This document shows, piece by piece, positions 29,204 to 40,453 of a stretch of DNA of 64,000 nt; the stretch's first letter is position 1; every line of letters starts with the position of its first letter. The notes under the pieces were generated by a model. That model saw only the letters and a list, made by a program, of their open reading frames with translations. It was not told the DNA's origin and did no database searches. The position numbers and the translations under genes are program-made. The stretch spans positions 33,553-97,552 of the forward strand of contig JAWSUI010000007.1 of the NCBI GenBank assembly GCA_033551855.1, in the 5' to 3' direction. This stretch comes from Deferrisomatales bacterium. GTDB lineage: Bacteria > Desulfobacterota > Deferrisomatia > Deferrisomatales > JACRMM01.

Positions 29204-30299
29204 CGGGGGCCGGACCGACTGGGTGGTGCTCGGCGCCGCCTTCCTGCTCACCGCGGTGGGGCTCGTGCTGGTGTACTCCACGTCGTCCCCCCTCGCCTTT
29301 GGCCGGGAGGGCGCGGACACGGCGTCCTACCTCAAGCGCTCCCTGGCCTTCGCCGGCCTCGGGGCCGTGGCGGCCTGCGCGGCTGCCCGCGTCCCCACGA
29401 CCTGGCTCCGCCGGGCCGCCTACCCGGCCCTGGCTGCGGCCACCGTGCTCCTGGTCCTGCCCTGGGTTCCCTCCGTGGGACAGGCGGTGAACGGAGCCCA
29501 CCGGTGGGTGCGGGTCGGGGGGTTCGGCTTCCAGCCTTCCGAGCTGGCGAAGCTGGCCCTGATCCTCTTCCTGGCCCACAGCCTGGCCAAGCGGGGAGAC
29601 GGGGTGCAGTCCTTCGCCTACGGGTACCTGCCCCACGTCGTCCTGCCGGCGATTCCGATCGGGCTGGTCTTGGCCGGCCCGGACCTGGGGACGGCCATCC
29701 TCCTCGCCGCGGTCGTGGGGGTGACGGCTTTCAGCGGGGGAGTGCGGCTTCGCCACCTGGGCGCCGGGCTGCTCCCCCTTGTTCCTCTGGCCGTCTACCT
29801 GCTCTGGTTCGTCTCCTTCCGACGGGACCGCATCCTCGCGTTCCTCGACCCCTGGAGCCACGCCCAGGGGGCCGGTTTTCAACTCGTCCAGAGCCTCCTG
29901 GCCTTCGGCGCAGGCGGTATCTGGGGTGTCGGGCTCGGGGCCGGCCGCCAGAAGCTCTACTACCTGCCGGAGGCCCACACGGATTTCATCCTGAGCGTCT
30001 GGGCCGAGGAGCGCGGCCTCGTGGGGATTCTCCTCGTACTGCTCCTGGTCGCCGTCCTGGTCTGGCGGGGCTACCGGATCGCCCTTCGCCAGGAAGACCC
30101 CTTTCGCCGTCTGCTGGCGACGGGGATCAGCACGTGGCTCGGCTTCCAAGCGGCGCTCAACGCCCTCGTGGTCACGGGGTGCCTGCCCACGAAGGGCCTC
30201 CCCTTTCCCTTCCTCTCCTACGGCGGGACCGGCCTGGTGGTGTGCCTCACCGGGGCCGGGCTCCTGGCCGGGCTCGCCCGGCAGGAGCAGCAGGCATGA
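29196..30299 (+). CDS. ftsW: SEDS-family septal glycosyltransferase
   Basis: FQPSELAK, PDLGT, LPEAHTDFI, LPFPFLSYGG. Confidence 0.95.
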   Translation: MTDGGRTDWVVLGAAFLLTAVGLVLVYSTSSPLAFGREGADTASYLKRSLAFAGLGAVAACAAARVPTTWLRRAAYPALAAATVLLVLPWVPSVGQAVNGAHRWVRVGGFGFQPSELAKLALILFLAHSLAKRGDGVQSFAYGYLPHVVLPAIPIGLVLAGPDLGTAILLAAVVGVTAFSGGVRLRHLGAGLLPLVPLAVYLLWFVSFRRDRILAFLDPWSHAQGAGFQLVQSLLAFGAGGIWGVGLGAGRQKLYYLPEAHTDFILSVWAEERGLVGILLVLLLVAVLVWRGYRIALRQEDPFRRLLATGISTWLGFQAALNALVVTGCLPTKGLPFPFLSYGGTGLVVCLTGAGLLAGLARQEQQA

Positions 30300-31390
30300 G
30301 GCTCTTGATCGCCGGGGGCGGCACCGGGGGCCACCTCTTCCCGGGGATTGCGGTAGCCGAGGAGCTCCTGTCCCGGGGGAAGGAACACGCCGTGCTCTTC
30401 GCCGGAACGGACCGGGGGCTCGAGGCCCGGGTGCTCCCCCCCCTGGGGTTGCCCTTCGCCACGGTCCGGGCCGGCGGGGTGGTGGGGGCCGGCCTCGCAG
30501 GGACGCTCCGGGCCCTGGCCCTCTTGGCGGCCGGCACGGTCGACGCCGCGCGCGTGCTCCGGCGGTTCCAGCCCACCGCCTGTCTGGGAGTGGGCGGGTA
30601 CGTGAGCTTTCCAGTGGTGGCCCTGGCCTGGGTGCGGCGCATCCCCACGGCGATCCAAGAGCAGAACGCCCGGCCCGGCCTCGCCAACCGGGTGCTCGCC
30701 CGGCTCGCGGGAGCCGTATACGCCGGGGACCCAGCGGCCGTGCGGCACCTGCCCCGGGCCAAGGTGCGGGTCACGGGGAACCCGCTCCGGCGGGCCCTCG
30801 CCTCGGCCCTGCCCTATGCCCCCCCCGAGCACGGCCAGCCGGCGCGCCTCCTGGTCCTGGGGGGAAGCCAAGGGGCTCGGGTCCTCAACGAGCTCCTGCC
30901 GGCCGCAGTGGACGCCCTCGGGGCTCCCGTCTCGGTGTGGCACCAGGCAGGCCGGGGGCGGGCCGAAGCGGTCGCCGAGACCTACGGAAACCGCGAAGGG
31001 GTGCGCGTCGCAGAGTTCATCGAGGACATGGCGGGAGCCTACGGGTGGGCGCACCTGGTGGTGGCCCGGGCGGGAGCCCTCACCGTCGCCGAGTTGGCCG
31101 CCGCGGGCCGGCCCGCGGTCCTGGTGCCCTTTCCCCACGCAGCGGGGGGGCACCAGGCGGCCAACGCGCGGGCCGCAGAGGACCGCGGGGCCGCGGTCAC
31201 GGCCTTGGAGGCGGGGCTGACCCCGGCGCACCTGGCGGAGCTGCTACGGGCCCTCCTAGGAAGCGCCGAGAGGCTGAACGCCATGGCGGCGGCCGCAGCG
31301 GCCTCTGCCCGCCGGGACGCAGCCAAGACCATCGTGGACGACCTGTTGCAGCGGGAGGGCCGGCGCCCGGCCCCCGGCGCCACCCCGTGA
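30296..31390 (+). CDS. murG: Lipid I GlcNAc transferase
   Basis: AGGGTGGHLFPG, EQNA, GNPLR, GGSQGA. Confidence 0.96.
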   Translation: MRLLIAGGGTGGHLFPGIAVAEELLSRGKEHAVLFAGTDRGLEARVLPPLGLPFATVRAGGVVGAGLAGTLRALALLAAGTVDAARVLRRFQPTACLGVGGYVSFPVVALAWVRRIPTAIQEQNARPGLANRVLARLAGAVYAGDPAAVRHLPRAKVRVTGNPLRRALASALPYAPPEHGQPARLLVLGGSQGARVLNELLPAAVDALGAPVSVWHQAGRGRAEAVAETYGNREGVRVAEFIEDMAGAYGWAHLVVARAGALTVAELAAAGRPAVLVPFPHAAGGHQAANARAAEDRGAAVTALEAGLTPAHLAELLRALLGSAERLNAMAAAAAASARRDAAKTIVDDLLQREGRRPAPGATP

Positions 31391-31403
31391 CCCGGAGAGT
31401 CCC

Positions 31404-32780
31404 GTGTATCGTCGCGAGCAGAGAGTCATCCATTTCGTCGGGATCGGGGGCATCGGGATGAGCGGCATCGCCGAGGTGCTCCTCACCCTGGGATACCGGG
31501 TGAGCGGGTCGGACCTCAGGGAGTCGCCCCTCACCCAGCGCCTGGCGGGCCTCGGGGCCCGGGTCGCCCAGGGCCATGCCCCGGAGAACCTCGGGGACGC
31601 CTCGGTGGTGGTGACCTCCTCCGCGGTGAGGGCGGACAACCCGGAGGTCATCGAAGCACACCGGCGCCTCCTCCCGGTGATACCCCGGGCCGAGATGCTC
31701 GCCGAGCTCATGCGGATGAAGTACTCCGTGGCCGTGGCCGGGGCCCACGGCAAGACCACCACCACGTCCCTCGTGGCGGCGGTGCTCTCCGAGGCCGGCC
31801 TCGACCCGACCGTGGTGGTCGGGGGGCGGCTGTCGGGGCTGGGCTCCAACGCCCGACTGGGCCAGGGGGAATTCCTGGTGGCCGAGGCCGACGAGAGCGA
31901 CGGGAGCTTCCTGGTGCTCTTTCCCACATTGGCGGTCCTGACCAACATCGACCGCGAGCACATGGAGCACTATGGCACCGAGGACGCCCTGGAAACCGCG
32001 TTCGTGGATTTCGCCAACAAGGTCCCCTTCTACGGGGCCGTGGTGGCCTGCCTCGACGACCCCCGGGTCCAGGCGGTCCTCCCCCGCATCCGCAAGAGGA
32101 TCCTCACCTACGGACTCTCCGCCCAGGCCGACGTCTCGGCCCGGCACCTGCGCAGCGAGGGGGGAACGTCGCGTTTCGAGGTTCTGGTCCGGGGGGAGCC
32201 GCAGGTGGAGGTCACCCTGAACCTTCCCGGTGAGCACAACGTGCTCAACGCACTGGCGGCGGCGGCAGTCGGCACCGAGCTCGAGGTGGACCCCGAGCGG
32301 ATCGCCAGGGCCCTCAGCGGCTTTTCCGGGGTCGACCGCCGCTCCCAGTTGGTGGGAGAGGCCCGCGGGATCCGTGTGATGGACGACTACGCCCACCACC
32401 CCTCAGAGCTCCAGGCCACCCTGCGGGGCCTCCGGGAGGCGTACGGTCGACGACTGGTGGCCGTCTTCCAGCCCCACCGCTACTCCCGCACCCTCGACCT
32501 CTTCGAGCGCTTCCTCACCGCCTTCTACGGGGCCGACGTCCTCGTGGTCACCGAGGTGTACCCGGCCGGGGAGACGCCCCTTCCCGGGGCGACCGGCACC
32601 GCTCTGGTGGAAGGCATTCGGCTCCACGGGCACAAGGACGTTGAGCTGGTCGCGGACCTCGCCCGCGTCCCGGAGCTCCTGGAGCACCGCCTCCAAGAAG
32701 GGGACCTCGTCGTGACTCTGGGGGCGGGAAACGTCTGGCAAGCGGGCGAAGCGTTGCTGCGCCGCCTTCGGGGAGACTGA
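31404..32780 (+). CDS. murC: UDP-MurNAc:L-Ala ligase
   Basis: HFVGIGGIGMSG, HGKTTTT, EADESD, DDYAHHP, FQPHRYSRT. Confidence 0.97.
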   Translation: MYRREQRVIHFVGIGGIGMSGIAEVLLTLGYRVSGSDLRESPLTQRLAGLGARVAQGHAPENLGDASVVVTSSAVRADNPEVIEAHRRLLPVIPRAEMLAELMRMKYSVAVAGAHGKTTTTSLVAAVLSEAGLDPTVVVGGRLSGLGSNARLGQGEFLVAEADESDGSFLVLFPTLAVLTNIDREHMEHYGTEDALETAFVDFANKVPFYGAVVACLDDPRVQAVLPRIRKRILTYGLSAQADVSARHLRSEGGTSRFEVLVRGEPQVEVTLNLPGEHNVLNALAAAAVGTELEVDPERIARALSGFSGVDRRSQLVGEARGIRVMDDYAHHPSELQATLRGLREAYGRRLVAVFQPHRYSRTLDLFERFLTAFYGADVLVVTEVYPAGETPLPGATGTALVEGIRLHGHKDVELVADLARVPELLEHRLQEGDLVVTLGAGNVWQAGEALLRRLRGD

Positions 32781-32784
32781 ACCG

Positions 32785-33732
32785 GTGGCCGGGAACGCCC
32801 TCGACCGGGTCCGGCGGGCGGTGCGGGGCCGAACAGCCCGCGCGCTACCCATGGCGGAGCACACCACCCTGCGGGTGGGCGGCCCCGCGGACCTGGTGGT
32901 CTACCCGGCGGACCTGGAGGACGTGCGGCGGGTGCTGGCGGCACTGGCGGCGGAAGGGGTCCCGTGGTTTCCCCTCGGGAACGGCTCCAACCTGGTGGTA
33001 CGCGACGGGGGGATCCGAGGGGCCGTGGTCTGTCTCTCCGGCGGATTCACCGGCCTGGAGCGCAGAGCGGGACCCGACGGGAGCCCCCTGGTCTGGGCGG
33101 AGGGGGGCCTGCCGCTGCGCCGTTTGGTGGGCTGGTGCGTGCAACAGGGGCTCTCGGGGTTCGAGCCCCTGACCGGCATCCCGGGTACCGTCGGGGGCGC
33201 CCTGTCGATGAACGCCGGGGCCTGGGGAGCGACCATCGGGGACCGGGTCGCTGCGGTGCACGCCGTGGCCCCAACGGGGGAGCTCCGGGTCTTCGACCGT
33301 GACGCCATGGGTTTCGGCTACCGCTCCAGCGAGCTGCCGGAGGGCCACGTGGTGGTAGGTGCCCTGCTCGGCGGGTCGGAAGCCCCGGGGGAAGCCGTGA
33401 AGGGCCGCGCCCGAGAGCTCTACCGCCGCCGGCTCGACACCCAGCCCGCGCGGGAGCCGAGTGCGGGCAGTGTCTTCAAGAACCCCCCCGGCCGGAGCGC
33501 CGGGCAGCTCATCGACGCCTGCGGGCTCAAGGGCGTGCGTGTGGGGGACGCGGAGATCTCGCCGGTGCACGCGAACTTCATCGTCAACCGGGGCATGGCG
33601 ACCGCAAGCCAGGTGGTGGGGCTCATGGGGATGATCCAGGAGCGGGTCTACATCCGCCACCACCTGAAGCTCGAGCCCGAGGTGAAGGTGGTGGGGGAAT
33701 GGGAAAAGGGCAAACTCAGGATCCAGGAGTGA
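32785..33732 (+). CDS. murB: UDP-GlcNAc-enolpyruvate reductase
   Basis: LGNGSNL, GIPGTVGGA..MNAGA, SAGSVFKNP, HANFIVN. Confidence 0.96.
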   Translation: MAGNALDRVRRAVRGRTARALPMAEHTTLRVGGPADLVVYPADLEDVRRVLAALAAEGVPWFPLGNGSNLVVRDGGIRGAVVCLSGGFTGLERRAGPDGSPLVWAEGGLPLRRLVGWCVQQGLSGFEPLTGIPGTVGGALSMNAGAWGATIGDRVAAVHAVAPTGELRVFDRDAMGFGYRSSELPEGHVVVGALLGGSEAPGEAVKGRARELYRRRLDTQPAREPSAGSVFKNPPGRSAGQLIDACGLKGVRVGDAEISPVHANFIVNRGMATASQVVGLMGMIQERVYIRHHLKLEPEVKVVGEWEKGKLRIQE

Positions 33733-34634
33733 CCGTGAACCGAGTGGCGGTGTTGATGGGGGGACGGAGCGCCGAGCGCGAGGTGAGCCTGCGCACCGGC
33801 GCGGCAGTTGCGGAGGCCCTTCGGGGGCGGAACCGGGAGGTGCTGGAGGTCGACGGGGGACCGGACTTGGCGGTCCGTCTCGCGGAGCTCCGTCCCGACG
33901 CTGCCTTCGTGGCCCTGCACGGCCGCTGGGGAGAGGACGGTACGGTGCAGGGGCTGCTCGAGATGCTGGGGATCCCGTACACGGGCTCCGGGGTGCTCGC
34001 GAGCGCCCTCGCCATGGACAAGGGGATGTCGAAGGTGGTCTTCCGGGCCCTTGGCGTTCCCACCCCCGACTTCCAGGTGCTGGGACCGGGCATGTCCGGG
34101 AGAGAGGTCGAGATCCCGGCGCCCCTGGTGGCCAAGCCGGTACGGGAGGGGTCCACCATCGGCGTGGCCGTGGCGCGGGAGCCCGCCGAGGTGCCCGAAG
34201 CGGTCGCTTTCGCCCGTGGCCACGGCAGCCAGGTCCTGGTGGAGCGGTTCGTGGAGGGCCGAGAGGTCACCCTCGGGGTCCTGGACGGCGCCCCCCTGCC
34301 CCTGGTGGAGATCGTGCCCGACAAGGGTTTCTACGACTACGAGGCCAAGTACACCCCCGGCCACACCCGGTACCTGTGCCCGGCGCCCCTCGATCCCCGG
34401 GAGACCGAGGAGGCCGTGAGGGCGGGGTGTGAGGCGTACCGGGTGCTCGGGTGCGCCGGGGCCGCCCGGGTGGACCTCATGATCGACCGACGGGGCCGGC
34501 CCTGGGTCCTGGAGGTGAACACCGTTCCGGGCATGACCCCCACCAGCCTCCTCCCGAAGGCAGCGGAGGCGGCCGGGTTGAGCTTCGCCGAGCTGGCCGA
34601 GCGCATCCTGGCCGGGGCCGGGCTCAAGGCGTAG
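33729..34634 (+). CDS. ddl: D-alanine--D-alanine ligase
   Basis: GGRSAEREVSL, LHGRWGEDG, YDYEAKY, LEVNTVPGMT. Confidence 0.96.
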   Translation: MTVNRVAVLMGGRSAEREVSLRTGAAVAEALRGRNREVLEVDGGPDLAVRLAELRPDAAFVALHGRWGEDGTVQGLLEMLGIPYTGSGVLASALAMDKGMSKVVFRALGVPTPDFQVLGPGMSGREVEIPAPLVAKPVREGSTIGVAVAREPAEVPEAVAFARGHGSQVLVERFVEGREVTLGVLDGAPLPLVEIVPDKGFYDYEAKYTPGHTRYLCPAPLDPRETEEAVRAGCEAYRVLGCAGAARVDLMIDRRGRPWVLEVNTVPGMTPTSLLPKAAEAAGLSFAELAERILAGAGLKA

Positions 34635-34637
34635 ACG

Positions 34638-35384
34638 ATGGAGCGGCTGCGGCCGGTAGCGGTCTTCGCCTGGGTGCTGGCGACGGTTGGGCTGGCCGCC
34701 GCGCTGGCCGCGGGGGTTCGGGTGACCTCCGGGCGCCACCTCTTCGTGCTCCACTCCGTGGGGGTGGAGGGGGCCCAGCGGACCCCGCCCGGGGAGCTCG
34801 TTCGAAGTGCCGGGCTGGAAACCGGGACAGGTCTCTTCCAGGTGGAGGTCGACAGGGTGCGCACCCTCGTGGAAGGGCTCCCGTGGGTGCGCCGGGCCCG
34901 GATCGTGCGTCAGTTGCCCTCCACCCTGCGGATCGAGGTGGAGGAATGGGAGCCGCGGTGCCTCATTCGGCTGGACCGGCTGTATTACCTCACCGCCGAG
35001 GCCCACGTGGTCCAGGCTCCCCTTGACCAGGGCCTCGACTACCCGGTGGTGACGGGGCTGGCCTGGGCCGACCTGGAGGCGGAGGGACCGACTCGGGCCG
35101 GTCTCCTGGAGCTCCTCGCGCTCCTCGAGGGCGGAGCCCTGGGGGCGGAGGTGAGCGAGATCCATGCGGACCCGGAGGAGGGTTTCACCTTGTACACCTC
35201 GGCAAACGGCGGCACCGGCATCCGCCTGGGGCGCAACGAACTGGAAGAGAGGCTCCGCCGCCTGGCCCGGCTCCAGCGGCACCTCGCCAAGCGCGGCCAG
35301 ACCGCCTATGCGGTCGACCTCGGAGACGAGGACAAGATCGTGGCCCGGCTCCTGCGCGGAAACCGCAAGGAGCCCAGGCGATGA
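34638..35384 (+). CDS. ftsQ: Cell division protein FtsQ/DivIB
   Basis: TM helix plus POTRA (LPWVRRARIVRQLPSTLRIEVEE); lies between ddl and ftsA. Confidence 0.88.
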   Translation: MERLRPVAVFAWVLATVGLAAALAAGVRVTSGRHLFVLHSVGVEGAQRTPPGELVRSAGLETGTGLFQVEVDRVRTLVEGLPWVRRARIVRQLPSTLRIEVEEWEPRCLIRLDRLYYLTAEAHVVQAPLDQGLDYPVVTGLAWADLEAEGPTRAGLLELLALLEGGALGAEVSEIHADPEEGFTLYTSANGGTGIRLGRNELEERLRRLARLQRHLAKRGQTAYAVDLGDEDKIVARLLRGNRKEPRR

Positions 35385-36613
35385 GGAGCGGGGCGGAGAC
35401 CGTGGTCGGGCTGGATATCGGCACCACCAAGATCTGCGCCGTCGTGGGGGAGCTGAGCACCGACGGCGTACGTATCCTTGGCTACGGAACCCACCCCTCT
35501 CGGGGCTTGCGCAAGGGCGTCGTGATCAACATCGAGGCGACGGTCCAATCGATCAAGAAGGCGGTCGAAGAAGCGGAGATGATGGCGGACCGGGAGATTC
35601 GGCGGGTCTTCGCCGGCATCGCCGGGGGCCACATCAAGGGGTTCAACAGCCACGGAGCCATCGCCCTGAAGAACCGCGAGGTCAGCCCCGCCGACATCCG
35701 GCGGGTCATCGACGCCGCGCGGGCGGTGGCTATCCCCATGGACCGGGAGGTGATCCACATCATCCCCCAGGAGTACATCATCGACGACCAGGACGGCATC
35801 AAGGAGCCCCTGGGCATGAGCGGGGTGCGATTCGAGGCGCGGGTGCACATCGTCACGGGGGCGGTCACCAGCGCCCAGAACATCGTCAAGTGCTGCAATC
35901 GGGCGGGGCTGGAGGTGGCCGACATCATCCTGGAGCCCCTGGCCAGCGCCGAGGCGGTGCTCACCGAGGACGAGCGGGAGCTCGGGGTGTGCCTGGTGGA
36001 CATGGGGGGAGGCACCACCGACATCGCGGTGGTGGGGAACGGCGCGGTCAAGCACACCTCGGTGCTTGCCCTGGGGGGGAACCACGTGACCAACGACATT
36101 GCCGTCGGGCTGCGCACGCCCGCGGGCGAGGCGGAGCGGATCAAGCGGCGCTACGGGTGCTGCCTGACCACCCTGGTGGGAAAGGACGAGACCCTCGAGG
36201 TCCCCAGCGTAGGGGACCGCAGGCCTCGCGTCCTCAACCGGCGAATCCTGGCGGAGATCGTCGAGCCCCGGATGGAAGAGCTCTTCGGTCTGGTGCGCCA
36301 GGATCTGGAGAAGAGCGGCGGGCAGGACGAGGTGGCCGCAGGGGTCGTGCTCACCGGAGGAGCCTCCAGCCTTGCAGGAGCCCCCGACCTCGCGGAGCGC
36401 GTGTTCGGGCTCCCCGTGCGGCGCGGCACGCCGCAGGAGCCCGAGGGGCTCCCGGACGTGCTGCGGGACCCGGCCTATGCGACCGGTGTGGGCCTGGTGC
36501 TCTATGCCGCCCGCAAGCGCGACGACCTGCCGCGGGACCTGGAGGCGGACGACGAGAACCTCTTCGCCAAGGTCACCCGGAGGATGAAGTCCTGGTTCAA
36601 GGAATTCTTCTGA
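35381..36613 (+). CDS. ftsA: Cell division protein FtsA
   Basis: GLDIGTTKI, DMGGGTTD, VLTGG; C-terminal amphipathic helix MKSWFKEFF. Confidence 0.97.
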   Translation: MRSGAETVVGLDIGTTKICAVVGELSTDGVRILGYGTHPSRGLRKGVVINIEATVQSIKKAVEEAEMMADREIRRVFAGIAGGHIKGFNSHGAIALKNREVSPADIRRVIDAARAVAIPMDREVIHIIPQEYIIDDQDGIKEPLGMSGVRFEARVHIVTGAVTSAQNIVKCCNRAGLEVADIILEPLASAEAVLTEDERELGVCLVDMGGGTTDIAVVGNGAVKHTSVLALGGNHVTNDIAVGLRTPAGEAERIKRRYGCCLTTLVGKDETLEVPSVGDRRPRVLNRRILAEIVEPRMEELFGLVRQDLEKSGGQDEVAAGVVLTGGASSLAGAPDLAERVFGLPVRRGTPQEPEGLPDVLRDPAYATGVGLVLYAARKRDDLPRDLEADDENLFAKVTRRMKSWFKEFF

Positions 36614-36710
36614 CCCACGCCAGGATCGGCTCACGGCGACCAGCGTCGCCGGGGGCGTGAGCCCCGGCCCGCGACAACGGTAACGTTCTCTCCATCACAG
36701 GAGGTGTCCC

Positions 36711-37874
36711 ATGTCGAAGTTCCACATCGAGGACTCGAGCCACTTCACCGCCACCATCCGCGTCGTCGGCGTGGGGGGCGGGGGCGGAAACGCCGTGAAC
36801 ACCATGATGACCGCGGGGATTCAGGGTGTGGACTTCATCGTGGCCAACACCGACGCCCAAGCCCTGAAGGCGAGCCGTGCGCCCATGAAGCTCCAGCTCG
36901 GGGGGGGCTTCACCCGGGGGCTGGGGGCGGGGGCCAACCCCGAGGTCGGGCGTCAAGCCGCCCTCGAGGACACCGCCGCCATCGCCGACGCCCTCACCGG
37001 TGCAGACATGGTCTTCGTCACTGCCGGCATGGGCGGCGGAACCGGCACCGGGGCGAGCCCCATCATCGCGCGGGTCGCACGGGAGTGCGGCGCCCTCACC
37101 GTGGGCGTGGTCACCAAACCCTTCGCATTCGAGGGCAAGCGCCGGATGCGGCAGGCCGCGGAGGGGATCGAGGAGCTCCAGTCCGCGGTGGACACCCTCA
37201 TCACCATCCCGAACGAGCGGCTCCTGTCCATCGCCGGCAGGCAGGCCTCGATCGTCGACGCCTTCGCCATGGTGGACGACGTGTTGCGGCGCGCCGTGAA
37301 GGGCATCAGCGACCTCATCACCAACGCGGGCCTCATCAACGTGGACTTCGCCGACGTGCGCACCGTGATGAGCGAGAAGGGCCTCGCGCTCATGGGAACC
37401 GGTTACCACCAGGGGGAGAACCGCGCCGTCCTCGCCGCCCAGGACGCCATCTCCAGCCCCCTCCTGGACAACTTGAGCATAGAGGGGGCCCGGGGCGTGC
37501 TCATCAACATCACGGGGCCGTCCGACATGACGCTGTCCGAGGTGACCGAGGCGGCCACTCTCATCCAGGAGGTGGCCCACGAGGACGCCAACATCATCTT
37601 CGGCCAGGTCATCGACGACGCCCTCGAGGACGCGGTGCTGGTCACCGTCATCGCCACCGGGTTCGGGCAGGCCAAGCCCGAGGCACCGCCGTTGGAAGTG
37701 GTGCGCCTGAACCGGACCGAGAAGGAGCCGGAGGCCAACCGGGACATCCCCACCTTCCTCCGGCGGCGCAGGGAGTCCGCCTCCGCGGTCACCGTGACGC
37801 GGGTGGTCGGGTCCGACATCGAGCTCGAGGACGAGTACGACATCCCCACGTTCCTGAGGAAGCAGGCGGACTGA
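36711..37874 (+). CDS. ftsZ: Cell division protein FtsZ
   Basis: [21 protein letters not shown] tubulin motif, C-terminal [11 protein letters not shown]. Confidence 0.98.
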   Translation: MSKFHIEDSSHFTATIRVVGVGGGGGNAVNTMMTAGIQGVDFIVANTDAQALKASRAPMKLQLGGGFTRGLGAGANPEVGRQAALEDTAAIADALTGADMVFVTAGMGGGTGTGASPIIARVARECGALTVGVVTKPFAFEGKRRMRQAAEGIEELQSAVDTLITIPNERLLSIAGRQASIVDAFAMVDDVLRRAVKGISDLITNAGLINVDFADVRTVMSEKGLALMGTGYHQGENRAVLAAQDAISSPLLDNLSIEGARGVLINITGPSDMTLSEVTEAATLIQEVAHEDANIIFGQVIDDALEDAVLVTVIATGFGQAKPEAPPLEVVRLNRTEKEPEANRDIPTFLRRRRESASAVTVTRVVGSDIELEDEYDIPTFLRKQAD

Positions 37875-37913
37875 GAGTCCGGGCGGGAGGCGGTGGGTAG
37901 CGGCGGCCCCCCG

Positions 37914-38624
37914 TCAGAGGGAGACGCCGAGGGTGGCGAGCTCGTCCTCCAGGAGGGGCACCCAACCGCGGTTCGCCGCCGGGTTGGCGGGGCTGGGATG
38001 GGTGATGCGCCCCACGGGGACTCCCAGCCCGGCGAGTACTTCCCTCGCCCGCTCCTCCGCGAACTTACCCACCCCGACCACGAGCCGGGGCCGCAGGTAG
38101 GCCACCGCTTCGCGCAACGCCCGGTCGCACGCCGCATACAGGGGTGCGGCCTCCCGAGCTGGGAGCTTGTCCGGCGTCCGGTTCCGCGCGCTCTCCTCGA
38201 GGAAGAGGAGGGGGCAATAGTTCGCCACGAAAAAGCGCCGGAAGAAGGCCTCCGGCGGGCCGAAGCGCTCCCGCGCCCACCCCCAGAGGCGCCGACCGCT
38301 GACCTCGCTCCGGCGGCAAGAAAACCCCAGGACCGGCCGCCTCGGGTGCTCCGCGGGGGGCTTCCCCACGGGCGCCTGGATGCCCATCCAGTCCCGCACC
38401 GCCGAGACCTCGCCGAAGGGGACCCCCGTCTGGGCCATCCCGAAGGGGCCGGGGTTCATCCCCAGGAAGAGGACCTCCTTGGGGGGGCGCCCGAAGCGTT
38501 CCCAGTAGAGGGCGTGGGGCGCCCCGGCGTAGGCGAGGGGATTGTAGACCCAGGCCACCGGGGGGCTGAAGCGGAGCACCGCCACCTCGGCGCCCAGGCG
38601 GTCGGCGATTCCCGTGCCGGTCAC
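37914..38624 (-). CDS. SMUG1-family uracil-DNA glycosylase
   Basis: [17 protein letters not shown] and HPSPANP motifs; GTG overlaps the recQ stop. Confidence 0.92.
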   Translation of the reverse strand: MTGTGIADRLGAEVAVLRFSPPVAWVYNPLAYAGAPHALYWERFGRPPKEVLFLGMNPGPFGMAQTGVPFGEVSAVRDWMGIQAPVGKPPAEHPRRPVLGFSCRRSEVSGRRLWGWARERFGPPEAFFRRFFVANYCPLLFLEESARNRTPDKLPAREAAPLYAACDRALREAVAYLRPRLVVGVGKFAEERAREVLAGLGVPVGRITHPSPANPAANRGWVPLLEDELATLGVSL

Positions 38625-40453
38625 GAGGTGTCCTCCTCTCCCCCGAGGCCCTGCCCCCGGAGCGCCTCGAGGAACGCCCGGCCGTAACGCGCCAGCTTTC
38701 GTTCCCCCACCCCGGGGATTCCGGCGAGCTCCGCCAGGGTCTCGGGGACGCGCTCCGCCATCTCCCGCAGGACCGTGTCGTGGAAGATGACATAGGGCGG
38801 AACGCCCTGGGCGCGCGCCAACTCGAGCCGCAAGGCCCGAAGCCTTGCGAACAGGCGCTCTCCGGCCTCGGAGCCCCCCACCCGCGCACCGCGAGGCCTC
38901 GCACCGCGCAACGACCTCCGGCCGGACCGGTCGCGTCGCAGCAGCACCCTCTCCTCGCCCCGGAGCACCCCCCGACTCTTCCCCGTGAGGCGAAGGGCCC
39001 CGTGGCCGTCGTGATCCACGGCGGCCAGACCCCCGGCGACGAGTTGCCGGAAGACAGAGCGCCAGGCCGCGGGCTCGAGCTCGGCCCCGATCCCGAAGGT
39101 GCTGACCCGGCCGTGTCCCCACCGGCGCACCCGCTCCGTCTCCCGCCCGAGGAGGACGTCCACGAGGTGAGCCACGCCGAACCTCTGGCCGGTGCGGTAC
39201 ACACAGGAGAGCGCCTTCTGGGCGGCGAGGGTCCCGTCCCATGTCTCCACCGGCTCGAGGCACGTGTCGCAGTTCCCGCAGGGCTCGGAGCGCTCCTCAC
39301 CGAAGTACCCGAGGAGCACCTGGCGCCGGCACCGGGCCGTCTCACAGTAGCCCAGCAGGGCGTCGAGCTTCCGGCGCTCGAGCCGCTTGTGCCCCTCCTC
39401 CGCCTCCGACGCGGCGAGCATCTGCCCCAGCAGCACCACGTCCGCCATGCCGTAGCACAGCCACGCGTCGGAGGGCAGGCCGTCCCGGCCGGCGCGGCCG
39501 GTCTCCTGGTAGTACGCCTCCACGCTCTTGGGGAGATCCAGGTGGGCCACGAACCGGACGTTGGGTTTGTCGATGCCCATCCCGAACGCCACGGTGGCCA
39601 CGACCACCACCCCCTCTTCCAACACGAAGCGCTCCTGGTGAGCCCTCCGGACGTCGGCGTCCAAGCCCGCGTGGTAGGGCACGGCGTCGAAGTCCCGTCC
39701 CCGGAGCCACGCAGCCGTGTCCTCCACCCTCCGGCGGGACAGGCAGTACACGATCCCCGCGTCCGCCGGGTGCTCTGCCCGCAGAAACGCCAGGAGCTGC
39801 TCCCGCGGGCGCTCCTTGGGAACCACCCGGTACCGGATGTTCGGGCGGTCGAACCCCGTTCGGAACGTCGCCGCACCCTCGAGCCCCAAGCGCGAAGAAA
39901 TGTCGGCCCGGGTGGGGGCGTCGGCAGTGGCGGTGAGTGCCAGCCGGGGCACCCCGGCGTAGCGCTCGGCCAGGACGCCGAGGCCCAGGTACTCGGGCCG
40001 GAAGTCGTGCCCCCACTGGCTCACGCAGTGGGCCTCGTCGATGGCGAAGAGGGCCAGGCCGGCACGGTCGAGAAGGGCGAGGAACCGGTCGGTGAGCAGG
40101 CGCTCCGGGGCCACGTACACCAGGTCGAGGCCTCCCCCGAGGATCGCCGCCTCCACCCGCCGTGCCTCCTCCGGGGGGAGGGAGGAGTTGAGGGCGGCGG
40201 CCCGGACCCCCAGTTGGGCGAGGGCGTCCACCTGATCCTTCATCAGCGCGATCAGGGGCGAGACCACGACGCCTACCCCGGGCCGCACCAGGGCGGGGAT
40301 CTGGTAGCACAGGCTCTTCCCGCCCCCCGTGGGCATCAGCACCAGGGCGTCGCCCCCAGCGGCCACGTGGCGGATTACCGCCTCCTGCTGCCCCCGGAAC
40401 GCGGGGAAGCCGAACACCGTGCGGAGCACGTGGAGGGGGTCGGCGCCGGCCAT
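38621..40453 (-). CDS. recQ: ATP-dependent DNA helicase RecQ
   Basis: [32 protein letters not shown] cysteines, HRDC domain. Confidence 0.97.
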   Translation of the reverse strand: MAGADPLHVLRTVFGFPAFRGQQEAVIRHVAAGGDALVLMPTGGGKSLCYQIPALVRPGVGVVVSPLIALMKDQVDALAQLGVRAAALNSSLPPEEARRVEAAILGGGLDLVYVAPERLLTDRFLALLDRAGLALFAIDEAHCVSQWGHDFRPEYLGLGVLAERYAGVPRLALTATADAPTRADISSRLGLEGAATFRTGFDRPNIRYRVVPKERPREQLLAFLRAEHPADAGIVYCLSRRRVEDTAAWLRGRDFDAVPYHAGLDADVRRAHQERFVLEEGVVVVATVAFGMGIDKPNVRFVAHLDLPKSVEAYYQETGRAGRDGLPSDAWLCYGMADVVLLGQMLAASEAEEGHKRLERRKLDALLGYCETARCRRQVLLGYFGEERSEPCGNCDTCLEPVETWDGTLAAQKALSCVYRTGQRFGVAHLVDVLLGRETERVRRWGHGRVSTFGIGAELEPAAWRSVFRQLVAGGLAAVDHDGHGALRLTGKSRGVLRGEERVLLRRDRSGRRSLRGARPRGARVGGSEAGERLFARLRALRLELARAQGVPPYVIFHDTVLREMAERVPETLAELAGIPGVGERKLARYGRAFLEALRGQGLGGEEDTS

